Source: Neovahlkampfia damariscottae (Eukaryota). From it: a DNA stretch of 20,000 bases. Position 1 is the stretch's first letter. Every line of letters begins with the position of its first letter. The notes below the pieces were generated by a model. That model was not told the origin of the DNA. It saw only the letters and a program-made list of their open reading frames with translations, and made no database searches. This document shows positions 11,745 to 20,000 of the stretch, piece by piece. Where the stretch lies: assembly GCA_016618085.1 (NCBI GenBank), contig JABLTG010000107.1, positions 47,965 through 67,964 of the forward strand, given 5' to 3'. A program made the position numbers and the translations under genes.

Positions 11745-13961
11745 TTAAAATTTTAATTTCAAATCTGAAATATCTCTTTCATCATCACTTGGATCATCAC
11801 TTTCAATTGATTCTAAATCAAAATCAATATCTTTTTTTGTTTTTCTCATTTCAAATTTTTGATTTTTCAAAATAATTTCTTCATCTTCTTCCTCATTGGA
11901 ATCTTCTTCCTCATCATCCTCTTCTTCTTCATTGGAATCTTCATCCTCTTCCTCTTCATTGGAATCTTCTTCTTGATCAATTTCACCTTCAGATTCATCT
12001 CTTTCTTCATCATCTTCAGATTCCATTTCTTCTTCTTCTCCTTCTTCTCTGTCTTCGCTGGATGATGCCAATTCAATTTCATTTTCTACTTCTTCTTCTT
12101 CATCTGATTCAAAATCTCTTTCTCCTTGATAAACAATAACCTCACTTTCTTGAACTTGTTCATCTTCTTCATCCGATTCCATTTCTTCTTCATCTTCATC
12201 TTCATCTTCATCATCTGACTCATTTTTAATTTCTTCTATTTCTTTGAATTTCCTTTTTTTTTCATTAAAATGTTCTTCATCAAAATCTTCTTGTTCTAAT
12301 TTTCTTTTCAATGAATACTTTTCAATTGTTTCAGCATGTGGAATATAAAGAGGTGCAGATCTTGGATGTAAATTTGTTTCAATTAAATTCAAACTCTTTT
12401 TTGAAATTGATGAAATTGATTGAATACCACTTAAAATACCAATTCTAAATAATGAAATTGAAATATTAATAAAAGGTGATTGTGTATTAATAGTTGATGT
12501 ATATAATAAAGTTGATTGTAATAATTCATAAAAATCAACAACTAAATCATTAATATTAATTATATTTTTATAATCATTCCAAGATTTCAATAAATTTATT
12601 AAAATTGAAGTTAATTCTGTTAATTTTGGTATCAAATCAATAAATGTTACATTGACAAATGAAAATAATTTTGTTAAAGATTTTGTTGATATTTTTGTTA
12701 ATTTCATTTCTTCATTTGTTAAAGAAAGTAACTTTTTTTGTTCTGATGAAGATGCAATTCTTGATTCAATTACACATCTATAACTTGTATTAAAATTTTT
12801 CAAATTTTCAATTAAAATTGGAAATATTTCAAATGAAAATAATTTTGAATAACCAATAACTGACATGAATAAACAAATTGAATTCAAAATTTGATGATAA
12901 AATTCAATATTTTTATAAATTTTCAATTTTTCAATTAAAATTAAACTTAAATTATTTGAATAAGGTAAAATATAACTTTTAAATGAAATTAAACTTATAT
13001 TCAAAAGTAATAAAATTGAATTATGAAATATTGGTATTACTTTCTTTACTGTTGTTTTTTTAATAGGATGATTATTAATATTTTGAAATTTTAATGTTTT
13101 TGAGTCAAGTAATAATGTACTCAAAATTAATTGGATAATTGAATCAATATTAATTTGAATAATAAATGAAAATGAAGATGATAGTAATTTTGAAAGTGAA
13201 AAACAACAAAATTTAAATAATCTTCCAATTTCTTCATTTGAATAATTTGTTTGTTTGACCAATAAACTTGAAGTATTATTTGTACCATCAGAAATGATAG
13301 ATAATTTATGATTTTCAATTTTTCCTTCATCTTTAATTGTTGCATAACATAAATTTAATAAATTTTGAATTGTTAATAATAAACGATTTGTAAATAATGT
13401 AAAATTAGATGAATTTAAACAACATGATGATAATAAACTACCACATAACATACCAATAGTATCATCATTGGATAATAATCCTTCAAATGATAACTCAATA
13501 ATTTCATTGATTAATTTAGATTGAACTCTATTTCCGAATTCTTTCATTATTTCATTTAATGCTAAATATACTCCTCCTTCATTGGATAATTTATTTATTT
13601 TTAAAAATGAGATATATTTTAAAAAATTTTGAATAATTGTTTGTAATGGTTTGAATGAATCTTTTTCAATTATTTTTTCATTTGAGTTAAATAGTAAACA
13701 AAATGATTTAGAAATTGTTGTGCAAATTAATGATAATAAAGATGTATCTAATGTTTTTCCTGATTTCTTTCCTGATTTTGTTGAGTTTTTTATGAAATTT
13801 GAAAGTGTTGTAATTGATTTTTGTTCAAGTAGTGGTGTTGGTGTCGATAAAAGTTGTGTCAGAACTTTAATTCTTGTTTTTGATAAATTGGTTAATTCTA
13901 TATCAACAGTTTCACTTGAAAATAAGGAAGAAATTTCTTCATCCAAACTTTTTTGTAGCAT
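11745..13961 (-). CDS. PELP1: PELP1/Rix1-like pre-rRNA processing protein (helical N-terminal domain, HPR-x-x-P motif, long acidic tail), ~738 aa, intronless
   Basis: Leu-rich helical ARM-like region ending in LIETNLHPRSAPL (PELP1/Rix1 hallmark), basic NLS-like patches, then a long D/E-rich tail. Start placed at MLQKS (13961) because the upstream extension is low-complexity intergenic-like sequence. Confidence 0.75.
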   Translation of the reverse strand: MLQKSLDEEISSLFSSETVDIELTNLSKTRIKVLTQLLSTPTPLLEQKSITTLSNFIKNSTKSGKKSGKTLDTSLLSLICTTISKSFCLLFNSNEKIIEKDSFKPLQTIIQNFLKYISFLKINKLSNEGGVYLALNEIMKEFGNRVQSKLINEIIELSFEGLLSNDDTIGMLCGSLLSSCCLNSSNFTLFTNRLLLTIQNLLNLCYATIKDEGKIENHKLSIISDGTNNTSSLLVKQTNYSNEEIGRLFKFCCFSLSKLLSSSFSFIIQINIDSIIQLILSTLLLDSKTLKFQNINNHPIKKTTVKKVIPIFHNSILLLLNISLISFKSYILPYSNNLSLILIEKLKIYKNIEFYHQILNSICLFMSVIGYSKLFSFEIFPILIENLKNFNTSYRCVIESRIASSSEQKKLLSLTNEEMKLTKISTKSLTKLFSFVNVTFIDLIPKLTELTSILINLLKSWNDYKNIININDLVVDFYELLQSTLLYTSTINTQSPFINISISLFRIGILSGIQSISSISKKSLNLIETNLHPRSAPLYIPHAETIEKYSLKRKLEQEDFDEEHFNEKKRKFKEIEEIKNESDDEDEDEDEEEMESDEEDEQVQESEVIVYQGERDFESDEEEEVENEIELASSSEDREEGEEEEMESEDDEERDESEGEIDQEEDSNEEEEDEDSNEEEEDDEEEDSNEEEDEEIILKNQKFEMRKTKKDIDFDLESIESDDPSDDERDISDLKLKF
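11885..11975 (-). repeat. Imperfect coding tandem repeat (EDSNEEE x3) in the acidic tail
   Basis: Three copies of tcattggaatcttc on the + strand embedded in (TCT/TCA/TCC)n; encodes EEDSNEEEEDEDSNEEEEDDEEEDSNEEE. Confidence 0.8.
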
Positions 13962-14131
13962 CTGTAAAATTCTCCAATGGGAACACTCCAAAATTTGTGG
14001 TTTAAAAAAAATAAATTTCTCTTTTTTTTTCATTTTGAAGGAAAAAAAAGATGAGTTGAGGTGAAAAAAACTTTGACCACTGAGAACAATCATCTAGAAA
14101 AAACCGTTGTCCAATCAGTGTTAACTTTTAG
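13962..14131. promoter_or_regulatory. 170-bp bidirectional promoter (PELP1-like / HP1-like) with CCAAT boxes
   Basis: CCAAT at 13974-13978 and CCAATCA at 14111-14117. Confidence 0.45.
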
Positions 14132-15049
14132 ATGAGCCAAAAAAGTAAAGAAGCTTCACCTGACCTCTCAAATGGAGATTTGAATGATACATCATCTGAG
14201 GATGAAGGAACAGTAATAATTTTCATGTACTTACAAAAAAAAAAAGTATGAAGTTGAAGCAATTTTATATGAACAAATGCAAAAAGGAAAAGTTTTATAC
14301 TTGGTAAAATGGAACCACTATCCAATTTCTGAATGTACATGGGAACCAGAATCTCACGCAAAACAAGCTCCTGATTGTTTTCAAGAATTTAAATCTGATC
14401 CGCCTTTTCTTTCTAAAAAATTAGTAAGAACTTTCATTCATGAATTTTAACACGATTCTTTGGAATATAGGTGTCAAAAATATCGACTTATCCAACAAAA
14501 ATTCCAAAGTTTACTTTTGTTGAAATTAATGGAGAGCGCACTTCAAGAAATAGAGTAGAATACAGATGTAAATGGAATGATATTGATAAAGAAACATGGG
14601 AACCACGTTCGTCATTAGATAGTAAAGCTATTAGAGAATATGAAAGAAATAAAGAATCAATAAAGAGAAAAAGAGATGAAGAAATGGATGAAAAATTAAA
14701 TAAAAGTGATGATAGTTCATTTTCAAAAACTAAGAAATTAAAAATAGATAGAGATGAAGATATTGATAATCTTTCACCAATTAACAAAAAATACTCAGAT
14801 GAAGAATCAGAGGATCAAAAAGCAACTATTCCAAATTTACAAAAGAAACCAATCACAATATCTGAAAAAGAAGACTTAAAACCACCATATAAAATTAAAA
14901 CTATAAAGAGAGTTGGTGAGGATATATGTGGTGTTCTTTCTCAAAATAGTTCCAACGTTGAATATTATAAAATAGAAGATTTAAAAGAAGTTTGTCCTAA
15001 TGAGGTTATTGATTTCTTACTCTCAAAAATACAATTTTCTGGGAAATAA
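14132..15049 (+). CDS. HP1-like chromatin protein with two chromodomains and a C-terminal chromoshadow-like domain, 278 aa, 3 exons
   Basis: Exons 14132..14212, 14247..14423, 14471..15049. CD1: YEVEAIL..YLVKWNHYPISECTWEPESH (aromatic-cage Y/W/Y). CD2: EINGER..VEYRCKWNDIDKETWEPRSSL. Charged hinge, then DLKEVCPNEVIDFLLSKIQF, resembling chromoshadow CPQIVIAFYEERL. Confidence 0.82.
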
Positions 15050-15276
15050 AATGTTTTTTTAATATGTCCTATTTTGAACCAATTTGATTTGCTTCAAGCA
15101 AAATTGTGGCTTTTCAAAAAAAAAAAGCATTGCAACTGAAGAGTGATGTGGAAGTCAGTAATGACTGAATTGTTGTTTCAGTTAGTTTGTTAGTCTATTG
15201 AGTTCAAATTGAAGATATTTAAATTCTTATTGGTGTTGGTCATTTTATCCTTCCAAACTCGCTCATTGGATAATAA

Positions 15277-16648
15277 ATGCCACTTCTGAAAACGAACAAA
15301 GTTCTGAAAGAGACAATCCTGGGGTTCTTTCCAAAAACTAATGGTAAAATAAATTTAAAAACTTAAAAATGAAAAGTAAATCAATCAAGAATATTGGAAT
15401 CTTTCCAAAATAAACAAATTGGAAAAAAAATTGAAAGTAAAAACACTGAAAAATGTAACGGATATTTTTTTTATTCAAATTTAAAGACTTTCAGGTGATT
15501 GTAGAAGTAGAGGAAATGGAAGACATAGAATATGAAAAATTAAAAAAAGAGTTAAAAAAATCAAACCAAGAGTTTCAACGTAAGTTTTCTATTTTTTAAC
15601 ATGTCTCAAAGTTTACAAAAGTAAGATTTTATGATGTGAAATAAAATTAAAGCTCCTTGGTTTCCTCGTCATATCAAAGATTTAGATCAGTTTAAAGATG
15701 AGATTCTGTCTGCAGGAGAGGTTTTAGGTAAGAAAGATAAAACCTTAATTTTTTTTGAAGAATCTGATCACCCTGGATTTCATGACAAAGATTATAGAGC
15801 TAGAAGAGATAAAATTAGTGACATTGCAAATAATTTTAAATAGTATTCCTTCACTTTTTTTTATTTTTTAAAGTGGACAAAAAATTCCTAAAATTGAATA
15901 TACACAAACTGAAGTTAATGCATGGGGTTTAATTTATGAAAAGTTAACATCATTATTTCCAAAATATGCTTGTAAACAAATGAATGAAGTGTTTCCACTT
16001 TTAGAAAAGAATTGTGGTTATAAACCAACAAATATTCCACAACTTGAAGATATTTCTCAATATTTACAAAGTAAAACAGGATTTTCAATCAGACCAGTTT
16101 CTGGTTTACTTTCACCACGTAATTTTCTCAACGGATTAGCATTCAAAGTTTTTCACTCCACACAATATATTCGTCATCATTCAAAACCATTTTATACACC
16201 AGAACCTGATATTATTCATGAACTTTTAGGACATGTACCTTTGTTTTCGGATCAAGATTTTGCAGACTTTTCTGAATATATCGGATTAGCGTCAATTGGT
16301 GCTTCAGATGAAACTATTATGGAACTAGCAAATTGTTATTGGTTTACAGTAGAATTTGGGTTATGTTTAGAAGATGGAAAAAGAAAAGCTTATGGTGCTG
16401 GATTATTATCTTCTGCAAATGAATTGAAATATTCAATGTCTAATGAACCAAAGATATCACCATTTGTACCTGAAATAGCTGCTAAAACTGATCATCCAAT
16501 ATCAGCTTATAACCCAGAATATTTTGTTGCAGAATCTTTTGAAGATGCAAAATTCAAAATGAGAGACTTTTCAAGAAAATTAGAAAAACAATTTAGAGTT
16601 AATCATAATACAAAAGAAAAAATGTTGGAAATTGTATCATTAAAATAA
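15277..16648 (+). CDS. PAH: Phenylalanine-4-hydroxylase (biopterin-dependent aromatic amino acid hydroxylase) with divergent N-terminal ACT-like region, 392 aa, 7 exons
   Basis: Motifs PWFPRHIKDLD, DHPGFHDKDYRARR, IPQLEDIS..TGFSIRPVSGLLSPRNFL, TQYIRH..PFYTPEPDIIHELLGHVP (Fe ligands), YWFTVEFGL, KAYGAGLLSS. Exons 15277..15343, 15377..15454, 15487..15579, 15612..15620, 15653..15727, 15761..15842, 15874..16648 total 1179 nt. The first exons are less certain than the catalytic domain. Confidence 0.92.
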
Positions 16649-16735
16649 AATTTATGAACAGCATTTGTTGAAATTTTTCAACCAATCAAACTTGCCACCA
16701 TTTTCTCCAATCAAATCTTTCGTTTGTTCAACAGT

Positions 16736-17074
16736 ATGGATAAAAAACGAGAGTTTTCTGAGAATAAAATACATCAAATATCAAAAGAAGATGAAGGAAT
16801 TAAAAAAAGAAAACGATCTGATTCTTTGGAGGAGATAAAAGAAAGAGATAAAAAATTGTTAAAAAAAACAAACGAAAAAGTACAAGAAGAGAAAAGAGAA
16901 TACACAGAAATAGAGATTGAAATGATGAATAGAGGGTTACCTGTAGATTTTGATACTACCAAAGAAAAACATGTTGAAGGTTCTGACTGTTATGGTTGTA
17001 AAATAATGAAAGTTCGAAAATGGAGACAATTCATGCATAAAGGAAAAAGGAAACCAACTGAAAAAGAAGAGTAA
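16736..17074 (+). CDS. SNRNP27: U4/U6.U5 tri-snRNP 27-kDa protein (DUF1777)
   Basis: EIEMM..GLPVDFDTTKEKHVEG..KVRKWRQFMHK resembles the family motif EMMKLMGF..FDSTKGKKV..KRKYRQYMNR; charged N-terminus; ATG at 16736. Confidence 0.82.
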   Translation: MDKKREFSENKIHQISKEDEGIKKRKRSDSLEEIKERDKKLLKKTNEKVQEEKREYTEIEIEMMNRGLPVDFDTTKEKHVEGSDCYGCKIMKVRKWRQFMHKGKRKPTEKEE

Positions 17075-17214
17075 TAATTTATTTGTAAATGAATTCCATA
17101 AAATGAAATTAAATTTTGAAGAAAAACTTGATTTTTATTTGTTTTGTCCTTTCAAAATCATAATCCACATAATTCATAATAAAATGTTACAATTGTTTCT
17201 TCAAAGGTACACTC

Positions 17215-18261
17215 TCAAACTTTGGATTTGTCATTTGTTTCTTCATTTTTTGATTGAAAAATAATGTTCAAAGATACACTAACAATAACTAAAAGACAAC
17301 CTACTATTTCTGTAAAACTTTCTAATTTTTCATTTAAGAATATATTTGAAATCAAAATAGTGATGATTAATCTGAAACCTAAAATTGAAGAAACTAAAGT
17401 CGCACCAAAATTTTGAATAGAAACAATATTACAATAAATACCAAAATAATAACCAAATACATAATCTAAGATGTTTAATTTTGATTTCTTTCTTACATAA
17501 AAATACCAACCAATCTAAAAATCTAAATTGAAAAAAAAAAAAAAAAAAATTTTCTTTCAAAATTAAAGTTGGAATAAAATGAAAAAGTCCAGCTAATATT
17601 TGAATTGATATTAATGATTCTTTTCTAATATGAATCTTCTTTATCAAAACCTTTCAAAAATTAAAAAAAAAGAACGTACCATATATAACGAAACAAAGAA
17701 ACAGCCTAAAAATGAAAATATGATACCAACGTAATCCTGATCATTTAGATTCAGACTATTAAAACTTATTGATTTTCCAAATATCACCATCAAACTTCCA
17801 ATAAATGAAAGTAAAATAAAAACGACAATGTATAAATTAATTTTTTCTTTATAAATAAAATAAGATAAAATCGAAACAATGAATGGTATCATTAAATTAA
17901 TGAGTTGACAATAAATGGCTTTGGTCAATTTTGTACTTAAAATTTTGAAAGTTTGATTCAAAATTAAAGAAGCAATAAATAAAATTAAAACCTTCTTTGA
18001 AATGAATCTTAATGATTCATTTTTAAATACTTGTTGTTTTTTAAAAAAAAATAAAAATAGAATAAAGAAATTTAAACTTAAAAATGAAAATGAAGGTATT
18101 TGTAAATTCTTTTGAATATATCTTTGTAAAACTGGTTGTGTTCCATACATAAAATGTGAAAATAATAAAAAGAAAATTGATAGTAAATGAAACTTTGACT
18201 TTTTAGTAGTTGAAGTGATGGTGGTAGTTGGAAGTAACGGTAAATAATCATCCTGTTGCAT
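17215..18261 (-). CDS. EamA/DMT-family multi-pass transporter, 328 aa, 3 exons
   Basis: About 10 hydrophobic segments; EamA-like motifs QLINLMIPFIVSILSYFIYKEKI and ISNIFLNEKLESFTEIVGCLLV. Introns 17651..17679 and 17466..17496 restore frame to TGA at 17215. Confidence 0.82.
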
Positions 18262-18385
18262 GATAATTTAATATTCTATCCTTTTGATTTTTTTATTTCA
18301 AAACCTTTTTTTTTTTTTTTAAACCTTAAAAAACACGTTGAGTTTTCAATTGATTTCTTATTGGCCAAAAAGAGAGATTTTATCA

Positions 18386-19083
18386 ATGGAGAACAACACG
18401 AGTGTTTTAGTTGAAGAAATTACTCTTTTAGAAGAAGCTTTATTAATTGCACAAACAAGAGCAAGGTATTCAGATGATAAAAAAACTGAAATTGAAGAAC
18501 AACATGAAAACCTGATTCAAGAGTTTGAAAGTTATAAAAATAATATGAAAGATTTCATAAAAGTTTTAACAAAAACATTCAATTCAACTGAAGATTCTAC
18601 ATTACTAAAAGATTGGTTAAATGATTTTGAAGAGGAAACAAATTTTTTAAAAGAACCAAATGAAAATATTTTTGAATCAGCAGAAAAACTTAAATTAATC
18701 ATTGAAAATAAAATCAATAATCATTTGGAAAAGTCGAGAATAAAAGAGAAGGAACTATCAAATATTAAAGAATCCAAAAATTATTTAAACGAAACCAATC
18801 ATCAACCTTTTACTTTGACAGAAAAATTGATCAATTTGAAACACACAATTGAAGTTTTTATAACAGGTAAGTATAGTTCTATCTTTAATTCATTCAAAAT
18901 TCAAAAGGTTTAATTTCAAGTTTTTTTAAACTTTGGAGAATTTTTAAAAATATTATTTTTGGTGTACAATATGGATTTGTAAATGAAGAATATGAAGATT
19001 CATTTTGGTCTTATTGGGATGGATTTTTTGATGAAGAAATGTTCTATTTAGAAGATTCAAATCAAAAAAAACGGAATTTTTAA
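18386..19083 (+). CDS. Uncharacterised coiled-coil protein, 218 aa, 2 exons
   Basis: ATG at 18386. Intron 18867..18907 (GTAAGT..AAG) leads in frame into GLISSFFKLWRIFKNIIFGVQYGFVNEEYEDSFWSYWDGFFDEE..., stop at 19081-19083. Confidence 0.65.
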
Positions 19084-19159
19084 AAAACGTAAAAGTGTAC
19101 AAATAAAAATTGAAAAATTAATTCAATGAACAAAAGATGATTTTTTTATCTTGGAAAGA

Positions 19160-20000
19160 AAAACAATCCAATAGGAACAGTTCTGCTATCTTAAAACTGA
19201 CTTTCTGTTCATTCTGATTAATCAGACCAGACATTAAAATCAAGGTTTCTTTCGGGATAGGACCGTCGCCAGCAGTACTGGCAGTTTTTGGATTTCCAAT
19301 AAAATTTTGTATATTCATCAGAAATATATTTCTTGCTCCATTATAATCTCTTGGAAGTGAAAAATTACAATATTTACAATTGAAATGATCTTTTTTTCCA
19401 AGTTTCCAATCTATTTTTCCACATGATCCACATGTACAACTGGTATAATGTTCTGAAACTTCATGTACTTGAACAGAATCTTTTTGAGCAGTTTTTAATG
19501 CTCCAAGTTTATAAGATGGCCAAAAGAAAAATCCTTCTTCATTCCATTTAATACTTGGTTTACCACCATTGACTGGTATTCCAACACTTTGAGACATTTT
19601 TTCATTTCTTTTTTTCATGTTTGCTTCTAATTTGATTTTTTTGTTTGTTTTCTTTTGTTTTTCTTTCAGCATTTCTGTTGAACTGTGAACATTACAGACA
19701 TATGCTGAATAGCATAATCTAAAGCATCTCGTGGTATTTTTTTCAATTTTCTATTGAACAACCAAGGGTATTTTGAAGATTCTGGATTCTCATTTGCATT
19801 TAAAATACTGTTTTTCAATAACATAAAATTTGCATCATATCCAAGATCTTCAACAAAATGATGAGTTAAATTATAAACGAATCGAGTAATTCTCATCCAT
19901 TCTTGTATTTTTTTCTTTTGTTCACTTGTTGGTTTTAAAAGAATTTTTCTTGATCGAATAATTTCATCTGTATCAAGTTGTTTTTTTGATAAACCAGTTT
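19160..20000 (-). mobile_element. Right end of a Fanzor-bearing (IS607/IS200-605-derived) element inserted just downstream of a host gene
   Basis: Intronless TnpB-like ORF remnant plus a structured 3' segment. The exact terminus is not determinable from a single copy. Confidence 0.6.
19165..19285 (-). ncRNA. Candidate omegaRNA (fRNA) scaffold overlapping the Fanzor 3' end
   Basis: Minus-strand hairpin UGCCAGU-ACU-GCUGGCG (19283-19267). Long nested stem: GACGGU/ACUGUU (19267-19262 with 19181-19176), CUAUC/GAUAG (19260-19256 with 19190-19186), UUGAUUU/AAGUCAG, UCUG/CAGA, capped by the perfect palindrome UCUGAUUAAUCAGA (19226-19213). Located where TnpB/Fanzor omegaRNAs lie. Confidence 0.68.

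Larger units (their letters stand above)
19118..20000 (-). pseudogene. Fanzor (eukaryotic TnpB-family RNA-guided nuclease, Fanzor2/IS607-like) gene, frameshifted and internally deleted; 5' end outside the window
   Basis: N-terminal OrfB-type HTH motif RSRKILLKPTSEQKKKIQEWMRITRFVYN and YPWL..IPRDALDYAI. Frameshift at ~19685. C-terminus VHEVSEHYTSCTCGSCG..FNCKYC..RDYNGARNIFL (E-x-YTS, C4 zinc ribbon, RuvC-III Asp). No RuvC-I (D-P/L-G) motif between the two parts. Confidence 0.88.

Noticed and set aside
13962..14093. N-terminal extension of the 782-aa ORF
   Set aside because: Homopolymer-rich sequence containing promoter-like CCAAT motifs shared with the divergent gene; the downstream ATG at 13961 is more plausible.
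1081..18913. Fragmented ORFs as pseudogenes or a non-standard genetic code
   Set aside because: Every break in the host genes is resolved by a short GT-AG intron that restores frame; TAA, TAG and TGA all serve as terminal stops.
19675..19700. Intron or programmed frameshift repairing the Fanzor frameshift
   Set aside because: The GT-AG candidates I found are only 13-21 nt, below the 29-nt minimum seen here; there is no slippery heptamer at the site, and the RuvC-I deletion would inactivate the protein regardless.
1..20000. Prokaryotic origin, CRISPR array or operon-type defence system
   Set aside because: Spliceosomal introns and eukaryote-specific genes (PIGN, RasGEF, SNRNP27, chromodomain protein) throughout; no regularly spaced direct repeats with unique spacers seen.
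19118..20000. Domesticated nuclease-dead RNA-guided transcription regulator (TldR-like)
   Set aside because: Such proteins keep the full fold with point mutations; here a frameshift plus a large deletion indicate decay. Not fully excluded without data from other copies.

Overview
Very AT-rich, extremely compact eukaryotic (protist) nuclear DNA using the standard genetic code. The supplied ORF track is fragmented because genes carry tiny GT-AG introns; I reconstructed 26 introns of 29-47 nt, each restoring frame. Gene content and style suggest an amoeboid or heterolobosean-type protist (inference only). Reconstructed genes: 3' end of an unknown gene; a protein of two copies of an unknown ~100-aa domain; PIG-N/MCD4; RasGEF; SepSecS; a putative beta-trefoil + Di19-type Zn finger + Nudix fusion; a decayed NAXE/YjeF-N pseudogene; RGS-RasGEF; PELP1/Rix1; an HP1-like protein with two chromodomains; phenylalanine hydroxylase with a 9-nt micro-exon; SNRNP27; an EamA transporter; an unknown coiled-coil protein. 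The most interesting element is at the right edge (minus strand, running off the window): a eukaryotic TnpB-family (Fanzor, probably Fanzor2/IS607-type) RNA-guided nuclease gene. It is frameshifted and lacks the RuvC-I/bridge-helix region, yet keeps a strongly base-paired candidate omegaRNA overlapping its 3' end.
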